Part shown: piece by piece, positions 50,272-60,211 of the stretch
Layout: each line of letters begins with the position of its first letter
Position numbering within the stretch: the first letter of the stretch is position 1
Source: Candidatus Norongarragalinales archaeon
GTDB lineage: Archaea > Micrarchaeota > Micrarchaeia > Norongarragalinales > DASYRB01
Direction of reading: 5' to 3'
Assembly (NCBI GenBank): GCA_036004805.1
Contig: DASYRB010000008.1
Location: forward strand, 3,090 to 67,089
Length of the DNA: 64,000 bases
Made by a program: the position numbers and the translations under genes
The notes under the pieces: model-generated
Databases searched by the model: none
Told to the model about the DNA's origin: nothing
What the model saw: only the letters and a program-made list of their open reading frames with translations

Positions 50272-50528
50272 CGCGCGCTTTTGATCGCGTCTTCGAGCTG
50301 TTTGAGCTCTTTCTTGACCGCATCAAGCGCTTTTTCCAAGCTCTTCTTGGGTTCTTTGCCCTTGATCTTGATCACGGGGTTGGCCGTGAGCGGGTGGTCG
50401 TATGACGCGCTCGCGAACGTGACCGCTTTGTCTTGCAATAGCTTTTCGACGATCATGTTGGCAAAGCCGATGTCTTCGCCTGGCAGTTTGAATTCGAAAA
50501 CTCCTTCTTCCTTGTTCAGGATCTCCAT
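50268..50528 (-). CDS. rpoL: DNA-directed RNA polymerase subunit L (Rpo11)
   Basis: ORF 50268..50633 trimmed to MEILNKEEGVFEFKLPGEDIGFANMIVEKLLQDKAVTFASASYDHPLTANPVIKIK (86 aa). Confidence 0.85.
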   Translation of the reverse strand: MEILNKEEGVFEFKLPGEDIGFANMIVEKLLQDKAVTFASASYDHPLTANPVIKIKGKEPKKSLEKALDAVKKELKQLEDAIKSAR

Positions 50529-51127
50529 CTCTTTTCTCCTCCGTTCCTTTGTGCGTTTCTTTCGGGTTGGTTGTTTGATTGAGCTTGAGTTGTTGCGGAT
50601 TTTCGCGTCTCGCGATTGCCGCAATTGTTGCATTGCCAGAAGCGTCCCTGGTCTTGCAGTGGCTTGCGGCAGTTGCTGCAGAACGCCTTCACGACGCCGA
50701 GTCCCGGTTCCTTCATCGTTATGTAGGAGCCGAGTTTCTGCAGTTCTAGAACGCGTGCTTTAAGGATGTCGCCGATGCGCAGCACGTCCCTGAAGTTCTC
50801 TATGTACGCGTTCGAGATCTCGCTGATGCGTATGAACATATAGCTCGCTCCGACCGCAGCGCGTTCGCCGTCGTATTCTGGAGGCGCGATCTCGATGAGC
50901 GCGATGGCTTCGTAAATGTCCCGTACAATGCCATAGACTTCGTCGCCGGCGCGTATTGGTCGAGCGATCTTTCTGGATTGTATGCTGATGGCGCGTCGGT
51001 TCTTGTCTTCTTGTTTTTTGCCCGCGAGGACTGCTACAAGTTTTTCATCGATTTCTCGCACGCCTTCTTCGGGTGCGAATTCTTCGACGTAGCCGACGGT
51101 TTGTCCGGGGTAGGATAGTTCGTTCAT
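50516..51127 (-). CDS. csl4: Exosome complex RNA-binding subunit Csl4
   Basis: 203 aa. N-terminal domain, S1 domain (GDEVYGIVRDIYEAIALIEI) and a C-terminal zinc ribbon CSNCRKPL...CNNCGNRE. Confidence 0.85.
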   Translation of the reverse strand: MNELSYPGQTVGYVEEFAPEEGVREIDEKLVAVLAGKKQEDKNRRAISIQSRKIARPIRAGDEVYGIVRDIYEAIALIEIAPPEYDGERAAVGASYMFIRISEISNAYIENFRDVLRIGDILKARVLELQKLGSYITMKEPGLGVVKAFCSNCRKPLQDQGRFWQCNNCGNRETRKSATTQAQSNNQPERNAQRNGGEKRWRS

Positions 51128-51213
51128 GCTGATCGCTGAATCAAAAAGATTTCAGAATGGTTTTTGTCTGGCGAGCTTAATAAATGCGTCTGAGACAGAT
51201 AGAAGAAAGAAGC

Positions 51214-52095
51214 ATGGTTTTGGAGAGCATTCTGCAGCCGAAGGACGTGGTCAGGCATCCGGTTTACTTGATGGTTTTGACGTTCGTCTTCGTCTCTCTC
51301 GCCGTGTGGGAGTCGCTTAGTTTTGGCGGCGGGAATACGGGCTTGTTTTTCATCGCGCTCGTCGCGATTCCGGTCATTCCTATCGTTCTGCGTTTGTTCG
51401 CTAGTCAGGAGGAAGAGATCGAGATCGATTTCGAAAAACGCGTGCTTGGCAGCAGTACGTTGGCGCGTTATTTTCCCATCATCATCACTCTTGCGGCTTA
51501 CTTTTTGTCGTTGATCTTGAGCTTCACCGCGTGGTTCATCTATTTGCCGCCGGAACAGTCGGGCACTTTGTTCGCTCTGCAGTTGCAGGAGTTGAAGGAC
51601 ATCAACGCGGGCGTGAAGGCGTTGTTCGGTGGTTATGCTACGTACGATTTTCTGGGCGGCGCGGTGAATGGTAGCTTTTTGCCTGCGTTTGAGCTGATCT
51701 TTTTCCACAACTTGCAAGTGTTGGCGCTCGTGATCGGTTTTTCCGTGCTTTACGGGAGTGGCGCGATTTTGATCTTGACGTGGAACGCGAGCGTGATCGC
51801 GGCTTTTCTGGGTTCTTTTGCGATTGATAGTTTTTTGAAGGCGCCGGGCGAGTACGCGTTGTACAAAGGCATTGGCTATGGCCTTTTGGGCTTGTTGCCG
51901 CACGGGACTTTCGAGCTGGTTTCTTATCTCATGGCGGCGCTTGCGGGTGGCTTGTTGAGCAGCGCGGTCATTAGGAAGGCTTATGCGCGTCCGGAGTTCG
52001 CGTTGATTAGTCACGACGTTGCGAAGCTGACGGCTTGGAGCATTTTGTTGTTGGCGATCGGCGCGTTGATAGAGAGCGGCGGCATCGCTGGCTGA
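51214..52095 (+). CDS. SpoIIM-like (DUF95) integral membrane protein
   Basis: ORF 51184..52095, trimmed to MVLESILQPKD at 51214 as the likely start. Multi-TM. LPHGTFELVSYLMAALAGG resembles the SpoIIM PHG.FE motif. Confidence 0.6.
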   Translation: MVLESILQPKDVVRHPVYLMVLTFVFVSLAVWESLSFGGGNTGLFFIALVAIPVIPIVLRLFASQEEEIEIDFEKRVLGSSTLARYFPIIITLAAYFLSLILSFTAWFIYLPPEQSGTLFALQLQELKDINAGVKALFGGYATYDFLGGAVNGSFLPAFELIFFHNLQVLALVIGFSVLYGSGAILILTWNASVIAAFLGSFAIDSFLKAPGEYALYKGIGYGLLGLLPHGTFELVSYLMAALAGGLLSSAVIRKAYARPEFALISHDVAKLTAWSILLLAIGALIESGGIAG

Positions 52096-52123
52096 AAGAA
52101 TAAAAAGAAAAATTAGAAAAAGT

Positions 52124-53071
52124 TTAGCGCTTCTTTTTCGGCGGCGCGTTTGTCGTCGGCGTTTCGTCGTTGTTTTGTCGCAGTTGCTTCAGTACCGTGA
52201 GGACTTGTTGTGCGTCGATGCCCGTGCCGGTCGGGTGTGGGTCGATCTTGTTGCCGAGTCGTTGCGCGAGTCCGGAGAGCTCGACGGGGAAGAATATTTT
52301 GTTGCTTCTGCCGTCGCTGATGGCTTTCAGCGCGTCGACGTATAGGTAGGCGAGTGTTTTGCTGTCCATTTGCGAGACGGTCTTGTTGAGAATATCGAGT
52401 TGTATCTGCTTGGCTTCGGCTTCGGTTTCTATGGTGACTTTGCGTTCGATGGCTTCCTTTTTCTTTTGGAGGGCTTCGACGAGCGAGGGCGGGAGGTCGA
52501 TGGTTTGTATTTCCACGTTGACGACCGTGATGCCCCAGTCTTGCGATACTTCTTTGAGTGATTGGAATAGGTGTGAGTTGATATCGCCTGTGCGTTCGAG
52601 GACTTCGTCCATGTCCATTTGCGCGATCACCGCGCGAATTCTGGCGTGCAGGAGTTGTGCGGCGGCTGCGGCGACGTTCTTGATCTCGACGATGGCTTTG
52701 CGTGGGTCGCTGTACTTCATGTAGACGACGGCGTCGAGCTTGATCTTGATGTTGTCGTGCGTCACGACTTCCTGCGGTGGGATGTCGATGGTTTGTACTC
52801 GCAGGTCGACGGGTTCGAGCTTGTCGAAAGTCGGGAAATAAAGAACGAGTCCTGGTCCTACGACGCCGCTGTATCTTCCGAGTCGGAACATGACTGCGCG
52901 TTCGTATTCCTTGTATTCAGTTATTCGAGGCGCGGCGTACGCGAGCACCACTATCGCGATGGCTATGCCTGCTATCTGTATTGCTGTGAAGTGGAAAACG
53001 AAGAGTCCGCTCAGTATTGCGGAGATTATTGCGACGATGAGTGCTGCGAAAATGACGACTTCTCTGTTCAC
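52124..53071 (-). CDS. SPFH/Band 7 (stomatin/prohibitin-like) membrane protein
   Basis: 315 aa. N-terminal TM helices, then EYERAVMFRLGRYSGVVGPGLVLYFPTFDKLEPVDLRVQTIDIPPQEV... is a canonical SPFH core. Confidence 0.9.
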   Translation of the reverse strand: MNREVVIFAALIVAIISAILSGLFVFHFTAIQIAGIAIAIVVLAYAAPRITEYKEYERAVMFRLGRYSGVVGPGLVLYFPTFDKLEPVDLRVQTIDIPPQEVVTHDNIKIKLDAVVYMKYSDPRKAIVEIKNVAAAAAQLLHARIRAVIAQMDMDEVLERTGDINSHLFQSLKEVSQDWGITVVNVEIQTIDLPPSLVEALQKKKEAIERKVTIETEAEAKQIQLDILNKTVSQMDSKTLAYLYVDALKAISDGRSNKIFFPVELSGLAQRLGNKIDPHPTGTGIDAQQVLTVLKQLRQNNDETPTTNAPPKKKR

Positions 53072-53140
53072 ACATCATTACTGCTGAAACCGTTATTTAA
53101 TAGGCGGTTTTGCCCTCTACACTCCAGGGGAGAACTGTTA

Positions 53141-54367
53141 GTGGCTGAGAAGGAACGCATACTTGTTTTGAGCGTCGATATTGACGACGATCTTGGTCAG
53201 AAAGCGAAAGTGCGCGGACCGGTCATTGGAAAACAGGCCGTGCTTGACGCGGCGAGCAAGCTCGCGCTGGCGGATCCTGAAGACAGTGACGCCAACGGCT
53301 TTTTTGAGGCGGTTCGTATTCACGATCAACTCGTCCAGCAAGAAGCTGGCGCTGTAGAAGTGGCAATCATTACGGGCAGCGCGAAGCTGGGTTATGCCGC
53401 GGATCACGAAGTCGTGAACCAGCTTGAGAGAGCGATTGCGAAGTTTCACCCGAACGCTTGCGTTTTCGTTAGCGACGGAGCGAGCGACGATCGCATCATT
53501 CCGCTTATTCAGAACCGTCTCAAGATCACGAGCGTCAAGCACGTGGTCGTGAAGCAGCAGAAAGAGCTCGAGAAAACGTATTTCGTTATTCTTGACAAGT
53601 TGAAGGAGCCGCAGTTCGCGCGCGTGATTTTCGGAGTGCCGGGCGTCGCGTTGCTGCTTTGGTATTTCTTCCAAGACCTTGGTATTCGCATCTTCGTCGG
53701 TTTGCTTGGCGCGTATTTGTTGATCAAGGGTATTGGTTTGGAGGACTTCGTGCTGAAGCGACTAACGACGCTGAAGTTCGATTTCGACAAGGTTTCGAGC
53801 GTTTTTACTTTTGCAGCGATACCGATAGTTTTCGCGGCGTTATGGCTTGCGGGCAGTCATGCGGCGGCGGTGAGCGCGGCTGGAGAGGCGAACATCGCTA
53901 AGCTCAGCGCGTTGTTCTTGAAAGAGTTGTTGTTGCTTTTGCCTTACGCGTTCGTGTTGATCATTCTTGGTCGCGCGGTGGAGGCGGTGCAGGAAAACAA
54001 GAAATACTTGATTCCTGGTCACGTGGTGAGCTTGAGCGTGGTGATCTTGCTTTGGATCGTTTTTCTTACGGCTACTGATTGGGTGTTGGGAGAAGCGAGC
54101 TTTAGCAACTTTTTCTACGCCGTCGTGCTCGGACTCGTCGCGATCGGTTTGGTGGTGTATTTGGCGCGCGAGTTCCGCAGAGGAATCATTACGCGCTTGC
54201 GTCTCGAGGGCAGGCAGGCTTTTTCAGAAGCTGGAGTTCTGGGTCGTATTACGCGCGTGGATAACGTGAAGGAAGTTTTTCACGTGCGAACGCCCAACGG
54301 ACAAATAGTGGACTTTAGTTTCGACCACATCGCGAACATCGGAGAAAAAGTGCTCGTTCGCTATTAG
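53141..54367 (+). CDS. DUF373-like archaeal membrane protein
   Basis: Track ORF 52619..54367 trimmed to the in-frame GTG at 53141 (M-AEKERILVLSVDIDDDLGQKAKVRGPVIG...). Cytoplasmic N-domain plus about 6 TM helices. The upstream part is antisense to the SPFH gene. Confidence 0.65.
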   Translation: MAEKERILVLSVDIDDDLGQKAKVRGPVIGKQAVLDAASKLALADPEDSDANGFFEAVRIHDQLVQQEAGAVEVAIITGSAKLGYAADHEVVNQLERAIAKFHPNACVFVSDGASDDRIIPLIQNRLKITSVKHVVVKQQKELEKTYFVILDKLKEPQFARVIFGVPGVALLLWYFFQDLGIRIFVGLLGAYLLIKGIGLEDFVLKRLTTLKFDFDKVSSVFTFAAIPIVFAALWLAGSHAAAVSAAGEANIAKLSALFLKELLLLLPYAFVLIILGRAVEAVQENKKYLIPGHVVSLSVVILLWIVFLTATDWVLGEASFSNFFYAVVLGLVAIGLVVYLAREFRRGIITRLRLEGRQAFSEAGVLGRITRVDNVKEVFHVRTPNGQIVDFSFDHIANIGEKVLVRY

Positions 54368-54681
54368 GCGCGGTGTGCTTGTTTTGCTGCTTTGACGCCC
54401 TCGATCATTTCTTTCAGGTGTGCTACGGCGTTGCCTGTGGCTTGCACGTGTACTTCGAAGATGGGAGTGTTCGTTACTTTTTCGATCTTGAGGTTGCCCG
54501 GCAGCGCGTGGCGTAGCGAGTGGGCTTCCAGTCTTTCTTGAAGCACGTTGAGTAGGTGTTGTTTTGATAGTGTGAACACGGCCTCCATTCCTCGCGGGGT
54601 TGTTTTGGAAGAGTGGTAGACGAGTTCGACGTCTCGCGCGGTCTTTTTGCCGAAGACGTATGCTGGGTGTTCTATCTTCAT
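54364..54681 (-). CDS. Hypothetical protein (105 aa)
   Basis: Clean ATG ORF: MKIEHPAYVFGKKTARDVELVYHSSKTTPRGMEAVFTLSKQ... No family recognised. Confidence 0.55.
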   Translation of the reverse strand: MKIEHPAYVFGKKTARDVELVYHSSKTTPRGMEAVFTLSKQHLLNVLQERLEAHSLRHALPGNLKIEKVTNTPIFEVHVQATGNAVAHLKEMIEGVKAAKQAHRA

Positions 54682-54881
54682 TTTGTTAGAAAGAGCTTAG
54701 CGCTTGAGGTTTTTAGGCAGTGGGGCAAGAGGACGCAAAGGCCAAACCCCAAGGAGGCAATCCTGAAATACGAATGCCCTTGGCCTCTCGCACTCCACTA
54801 TCGATAATTCGAGGCGAGAGTAACTAAGCCAAAAAACCCTATTTAAGAGTTTCCCCACTTTTTGGGGTTTTTAAGGGGGGT

Positions 54882-56828
54882 TTATTCGGTTTCGGTTTTG
54901 AAGCGTTTGAGGAATTCTTTCGTCTTGCTGCTGTCTGCGAGGGCTGCTTTGAGCACGTCGTAGATCGTGGCTGCGGGTATGATGTCGATCTTGTAGCCGT
55001 TGTCCTTGATGACGTCGTCCTTGTTGCTCGCGGGAATGATGACGCGCTTGATGCCGGCTTCCGCCGCGGCTTCGATCTTTTGATTCACTCCACCGACTGG
55101 TAGTACCTCGCCTCGTACGGAGAGGGAGCCCGTCATTGCGGTGTCTTGGCGCAGTTCGAGTGATTCGAGCGCGCTGAGGACGGCTGCAGCGACGCTGACG
55201 CTGGCGCTGTCGCCTTCTACGCCTTCGTACGTTTGTATGAATTGTATGTGTATGTCGTAGCTGGAGACGTCTTTGCCGGTGTGTCGTTTGATGATGGCGC
55301 TGACGTTCTGTACGGCTTCGCTCGCGATTTCTCCGAGCTTGCCGGTGGCGATGATTTTGCCTTCGGTCTTGCTTGCTGCTGGAGCGACTTCTGCTTCGAT
55401 TGGTGTGACGATGCCGCTGTCTCCCATGACCGCGAGTCCGTTGATCTTGCCTACCGCTGTGCCTTTGTTTTGGAGCATTGCGTATTCGCGTTTGACGTCG
55501 ATGATTTGCTGCGCCATTTGCTGCTCTAGGGTGCGGGCGATGGTTTTGCCGCGGTGTATGTAGTCGGCGGTGACGGTGGTGGCGTTTTCGGTGCGGGCGA
55601 GATCGCCGGCAGCGCGGACGAGTCCTCCGAGGTCTCGCCATTTGAGCGTGAGCTTGTTTTTGCGTCCCGCGCGCTTTCTGCTTTCTTTGATTATTTCTTC
55701 GCATGCGCTCTTGTCGAAGTGTGGGATTTTTGCGTCTTTGCGTACTTCTTGCGCGATGAATTGGAACACTTTTTGGCGGTTTTCGGGCGTGTCGGGCATT
55801 ACGTCTTGCATGTAGACTTCGTATCCGTATCCGCGAATGCGGCTGCGTAGCGCGGGGTGCATGCGTTTAACGTCGCTATAGTTGCCGGCGGCGACGAGTA
55901 CGAAGTCGCACGGTACGGGCTCGGTGTGCACCATTGCGCCAGAGGACATTTCGCTTTGTCCGGTGATGCTGTACTTCTTTTCCTGCATCGCCGTGAGCAG
56001 TTCTTGTTGCGATTTTGGTCTTAGTGACGATACTTCGTCGACGAAGAGCACGCCCTTGTTGGCGCGGTGGATGAATCCGGCCTCGATGCGTAAGTGTGCG
56101 GGCGTGCCGAGTCCGCCGGATTGGAACGGGTCGTGCCTGACGTCGCCGAGGAGGGCGCCTGCGCGTGAGCCTGTGCCGTCGACGAATGGCGCGATGGTTT
56201 TGCCTGCGTTGTCGATGAGTAGTTTGAGGGTGTCTTGTTCTGTGGGTCTCGCGCGCATCATGGCTGCGCCGAAAACTGTCGCGGCCATGGTTAGTCCGAG
56301 AATTATTAGGAGCGCGGCGGTGATGACGTCGCCGAACTGCGTGCGTCCGTAGAACAACAGCGCGGCGCTCGCTAGAAGCGTGATGAGGAGGAAGGCGATG
56401 TTGACGTTGCCGCCGCTCATCTTGTTCTTCATGCGTTCCGCTTCAAGGATGCGTTTGCCCGTTCCGACCTTGACGGCGCGTACTTTCGGCTTGTTTTCGT
56501 CATCCTTGTTCTGTATGATGAGAATGTCTTGCAGTTCTTCGGTGGGTAGGAGTTCGGCCATGGCTTGTGCGAGCATGCTTTTGCCGGTGCCCGGTTCTCC
56601 GATTAGTAGGACGTTGCGTTTTTGCGCGGCGGCTTTGCGTATCGCGTCGACGGCGCGGTCTTGTCCGATGACTTGTTCGATGAGCGTGTTGCTTACGGGC
56701 AGGTCGCTGGTGGTGTTGAAGTGCGCGTGAGTGGCCGCGTGCTGCGTGGTCGTTTTTTGTTGTTTTCTTTTGAGCGCGTTGGCGATGGCGTGTACGGCGC
56801 CGGTTTTGGTGTTCGCGTTTTTAGTCAT
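54882..56828 (-). CDS. lon: Archaeal membrane-bound Lon protease (LonB)
   Basis: 648 aa. Walker [14 protein letters not shown], two TM helices inserted in the AAA+ module ([17 protein letters not shown] / [18 protein letters not shown]), and a protease domain with GDSASVS. Confidence 0.93.
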   Translation of the reverse strand: MTKNANTKTGAVHAIANALKRKQQKTTTQHAATHAHFNTTSDLPVSNTLIEQVIGQDRAVDAIRKAAAQKRNVLLIGEPGTGKSMLAQAMAELLPTEELQDILIIQNKDDENKPKVRAVKVGTGKRILEAERMKNKMSGGNVNIAFLLITLLASAALLFYGRTQFGDVITAALLIILGLTMAATVFGAAMMRARPTEQDTLKLLIDNAGKTIAPFVDGTGSRAGALLGDVRHDPFQSGGLGTPAHLRIEAGFIHRANKGVLFVDEVSSLRPKSQQELLTAMQEKKYSITGQSEMSSGAMVHTEPVPCDFVLVAAGNYSDVKRMHPALRSRIRGYGYEVYMQDVMPDTPENRQKVFQFIAQEVRKDAKIPHFDKSACEEIIKESRKRAGRKNKLTLKWRDLGGLVRAAGDLARTENATTVTADYIHRGKTIARTLEQQMAQQIIDVKREYAMLQNKGTAVGKINGLAVMGDSGIVTPIEAEVAPAASKTEGKIIATGKLGEIASEAVQNVSAIIKRHTGKDVSSYDIHIQFIQTYEGVEGDSASVSVAAAVLSALESLELRQDTAMTGSLSVRGEVLPVGGVNQKIEAAAEAGIKRVIIPASNKDDVIKDNGYKIDIIPAATIYDVLKAALADSSKTKEFLKRFKTETE

Positions 56829-56867
56829 TTTTTCTCGTGTTTAGTGTTTTGCGAGGGAGACGGCTTT

Positions 56868-58592
56868 TTAGTGTTTGGTTTTTCGTGACTGCGCGTATAG
56901 GATGAACATGGTGATGGCGACGATCACGCCTGCGAACGCGAGCACGGGCGCGCCGGCGGCGGTTGTTGGGTTGATCGCGTGAATGGTTGCGCTCGTTGTG
57001 CTGGAGCTGCGCATCGCGAGGGCTGCGAATAGCGCGATGGAGACTCCGACTTGTGCGGCTATGAGTAGTGAGATGGTTGTGTTGCTGATCTTGTATTGGG
57101 TGATGCTGTTGATGGATGTCTTTTTGCGTTTTCTGAATTGTTGATACGCGAGCGCGGCGAACGCGATGATGCCGGCGATGATGAGCCAGAGCCATTCGCA
57201 CGGAATCTTGAAGAGGGCGAGGTCGTACGTGCAGGTTCCTGCCGCGCGGATTTCTGGACGCGGCACTTGTACTCTTTGTTGTTGTGCGGCGTAGCCGGGC
57301 TTGGTCGCGATGATTTGCAGCGATTCCGCGTCTCCAGTCATGATGATTGCTTCTCCGACGCTGTTGGTGGTGAGTTCGAATGTTTTGCCTTTGTCCGTGA
57401 ACACTACGATGTTCGCGTCGGCGACGCGGTTGCCTTGTCCGTCAGTGACGAGTATTTTGATCTGGTCTGGTGATCGTTCGAGGATCGTGATCATGAGTTG
57501 CGCCATCTCGCCGGGCAGTCCGAAAATTGGAGTTGTTGGTTGTGGTGTGCCGCCTGGGCCGCCGGTGCCGCCAGTTGTGCCTGTGGTTCCGGTTGTGGGG
57601 CATTGTTGCGCGACTGGGCAGGCTTGCGTCACGACGTATTGCTGCGTTCCGCCGCTTCCGCTTGAACCGGCAGGGCAGGAGCCGCCGCTTCCGCTCGTGC
57701 CGTTTCCGCCGCACGCGATGAATGTTTCGTTGTTGTACGCGCTGCAATAGCCGAAAGAGTCGCACGTGCGTACGGCCCAGTAGTTGATGCTTGGGAACGT
57801 GACGGTCTTGCTTTGTGGCGAGGTCGTGTTGGAGACGTTGCCGTTGAACCAGAACTCGTCGTATACGGTGTCGTTGTCGGAATCGATGCCGCTCACCCAC
57901 GCGAGCGATACGGGCGTGGTGGAGGTGGTGTTGATGAGCGTGATGTTGGGCGCGCTGGGCGCGTTGTTGGTTATGTTGAATGAGGAAGAGTTGCTGGCGC
58001 TGCAGCAGTAGGAATTGCAGGTGCGGACGCTCCAGGTATAGCTGGCGAATGATAGGTTGTAGCGCGCTTGCGGGGAGGTTGCTGGATAGGTGAGGTTGGT
58101 GGCGATCGTGAACTCGTCGCTGGTGTTTAGGCTGAACGGGTCGCTGCCGCTCGTCCATGAAAGGCTGACGTTGCGGTTGTGCGTGTTGCTTTGCGTCGTG
58201 AGCGTTGGCACTGATGGCGGGGCGCACATCGTGATGTTGACGTATGCAGCGGCGGCCGCGTCGGCTTGGCTCGTGTTGCTTCCGCTCGACGTGTTTTTCG
58301 TCGCGGTGACGGTGATGTTTTGTCCCGAGTTCATGTTGAGGTTCGCGATTACGTAGTAACCGTTCCCTTGGCTTGAAGTGTTTAGGCTGCAGCCGCCGCC
58401 CGAACAGCTCTGTACTGTGGCGAGGACGCTTGCGTTCGAGATCACGCTTCCGCCCGTGTTGAAAATATAGCCTTCGACGGTTCCAGTGAACACGGCGCTC
58501 GTTAGTGTCGAGAGCACGACGAGCGTGACGAGGGTGACGAGCGCGATTAGCGGGATGAGTGCGGTGATTGGGCGCGTGTGGAAGTTTTTCAT
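56868..58592 (-). CDS. Large surface (glyco)protein with repeated Cys-containing modules and a C-terminal 3-TM region
   Basis: Track ORF 56868..58742 trimmed to MKNFHTRPITALIPLIALV (ATG at 58592, ATGA overlap with the upstream gene). 574 aa with many N-x-S/T sequons. Has repeated ...W(S/A)VRTC(N/D)S(Y/F)(C/G)(C/Y)SA... modules, a Gly/Thr linker and two carboxypeptidase-regulatory-like beta domains. Confidence 0.75.
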   Translation of the reverse strand: MKNFHTRPITALIPLIALVTLVTLVVLSTLTSAVFTGTVEGYIFNTGGSVISNASVLATVQSCSGGGCSLNTSSQGNGYYVIANLNMNSGQNITVTATKNTSSGSNTSQADAAAAAYVNITMCAPPSVPTLTTQSNTHNRNVSLSWTSGSDPFSLNTSDEFTIATNLTYPATSPQARYNLSFASYTWSVRTCNSYCCSASNSSSFNITNNAPSAPNITLINTTSTTPVSLAWVSGIDSDNDTVYDEFWFNGNVSNTTSPQSKTVTFPSINYWAVRTCDSFGYCSAYNNETFIACGGNGTSGSGGSCPAGSSGSGGTQQYVVTQACPVAQQCPTTGTTGTTGGTGGPGGTPQPTTPIFGLPGEMAQLMITILERSPDQIKILVTDGQGNRVADANIVVFTDKGKTFELTTNSVGEAIIMTGDAESLQIIATKPGYAAQQQRVQVPRPEIRAAGTCTYDLALFKIPCEWLWLIIAGIIAFAALAYQQFRKRKKTSINSITQYKISNTTISLLIAAQVGVSIALFAALAMRSSSTTSATIHAINPTTAAGAPVLAFAGVIVAITMFILYAQSRKTKH

Positions 58593-59251
58593 GATTGCAG
58601 GTATGTTGTGTTGTAGGTGACGTTGCAGCCGGCGAGGAGTTGGCAGTAGATGAGTTGTCCTTCTCCGGTGTCGATGTATTGGAACGGGTTGGTTAGCGAG
58701 CGTGGGCTGTAGATTTGGAACGATTGGTTGGTGTTGTCCCACTTCATGAGGTATCGTTGCTGGCTCGCGTTAAAGAACCTTGTAATGTTGGCGCCGAACC
58801 TGAACGGATAGCCGACGAAGTTCCATCCGAAAATCATGGGCACTACGAAGTTGCTCGTGATGTTTCCTGTGATCGTGAGGTTGGCGGTGACGTTCGTGAT
58901 CGTGACGAATGTTGACTCGTTCTGCGTGTAGTAGACGAAATAACTCTCGTTGTAATACATGTCGTAGAACGGGTTCGTTTGCGAGCGCGGGCTGTAGATG
59001 TCGAAGTTCTGGAGCGTCGCGTTCCACCTCATCACGTAACGATAACCTCCCGAGATGCTCGAGAGCGTGGACACGATCGACGTGTTGGTCGCGTTGGCGC
59101 AGACGCTGATGAGGTTCCAGCCCTGCCTGATCGGGAAGGTGCATCCGCTCACTACGAACGCGCTCGACTGCCCCGAGACCGCGGTGTTTTGTTGCGCGAA
59201 AAAAAGCAAAAAGGCCAGTGCGAGGCTGGAAATGATTAGCGCTTTCTTCAT
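58589..59251 (-). CDS. Secreted protein with internal duplication (220 aa)
   Basis: Signal peptide MKKALIISSLALAFLLFFA. Two homologous halves (GWNLISV...YVMRWNATLQNFDIYSPRSQTNPF / GWNFVGY...YLMKWDNTNQSFQIYSPRSLTNPF). Many N-x-S/T sequons. Confidence 0.7.
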   Translation of the reverse strand: MKKALIISSLALAFLLFFAQQNTAVSGQSSAFVVSGCTFPIRQGWNLISVCANATNTSIVSTLSSISGGYRYVMRWNATLQNFDIYSPRSQTNPFYDMYYNESYFVYYTQNESTFVTITNVTANLTITGNITSNFVVPMIFGWNFVGYPFRFGANITRFFNASQQRYLMKWDNTNQSFQIYSPRSLTNPFQYIDTGEGQLIYCQLLAGCNVTYNTTYLQS

Positions 59252-59310
59252 CGTGCAAGAAGGTCTCTAGCTCGGTTTAAAACCGTTCCCAACCAAAACA
59301 CTTTCACACG

Positions 59311-60201
59311 ATGATCAGACTCGTAGCCCTCGGCACCAGCGGCTCAATGCCCTCGCCAAAACGCTTGCCTAGTTGCTACGCGTTGAAGAGCGCACAGACC
59401 TTTTTGCTCGATTGTTGCGAGGGTGCACAGACGCAAATGATGAAGTACGGCATCTCTTACGGCAAAGTTCGTGCGATTTTCTTGAGCCACATGCACAGCG
59501 ACCACTTCCTCGGACTCTTCGGACTCGTCGCGTCACTCAACATGGCCGGACGCGCCGAACCATTACTCATTACGGGGCCGAAGGGAACGAAGGAAATTCT
59601 CGACCAAGTGTTTTCGGTACGCGCGCTCGCGCCACTCTTCCCCATCGTGATCAAGGAAGTCGGTGAAGAGGAAGTTTACAAGGACAAGTTCGTCGAAGTG
59701 CGCTCTTTCAAAGTCAAGCACGGCACGCCCGCGGTCGGCTACGTCGTGCAGCAGCCCGCCGTGCGAAAATTCGACGAGAAAAAAGCGAAGGGCCTCGGCA
59801 TCAAGGGCGAAATGTTCACACAAATCCAGAAAGAAGGCAGCGTCTCCATAAACGGAAAAACGATCAAGCTCGAAGACGTTTCTCGCCTCGAAACGCGCAA
59901 CAAAATAGTCTACACCGGAGACACGGTGCCCTGTGATGAAGTGGTGAACGCTTCGCGCGGCGCGGACCTTCTTGTGCACGATGCGGCATTCCTCCAAGAG
60001 CACGAAGAGATGGCGATCGACAAAAAACACTCCACCGCAGCGGGCGCTGCGCAAGACGCAAAGAAGGCCGGCGTGAAGAAATTGCTTTTAACGCATATCA
60101 GTAACAGGTACGACGACAGAAAACCGCTCCTGCAAGAAGCGCGCGCGATTTTCCCCGCGACCGAGCTCGCGGATGAAGGCATGGAGCTATACTTCAAGTG
60201 A
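59311..60201 (+). CDS. rnz: Ribonuclease Z (tRNA 3' endonuclease)
   Basis: 296 aa. Metallo-beta-lactamase motif SHMHSDH, short-form RNase Z layout, C-terminal THIS.RY. Confidence 0.9.
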   Translation: MIRLVALGTSGSMPSPKRLPSCYALKSAQTFLLDCCEGAQTQMMKYGISYGKVRAIFLSHMHSDHFLGLFGLVASLNMAGRAEPLLITGPKGTKEILDQVFSVRALAPLFPIVIKEVGEEEVYKDKFVEVRSFKVKHGTPAVGYVVQQPAVRKFDEKKAKGLGIKGEMFTQIQKEGSVSINGKTIKLEDVSRLETRNKIVYTGDTVPCDEVVNASRGADLLVHDAAFLQEHEEMAIDKKHSTAAGAAQDAKKAGVKKLLLTHISNRYDDRKPLLQEARAIFPATELADEGMELYFK

Positions 60202-60211
60202 AAAAACAACA

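Noticed and set aside
49358-58227. Series of long Arg/His/Gln/Thr-rich minus-strand ORFs (49358..50326, 51124..52014, 54871..55704, 56821..57201, 57442..58227)
   Set aside because: Each overlaps a confidently identified gene in another frame or on the opposite strand (signal peptidase, SpoIIM-like, lonB, surface protein). Their composition is that of frame-shifted GC-rich coding sequence. They are shadow ORFs.
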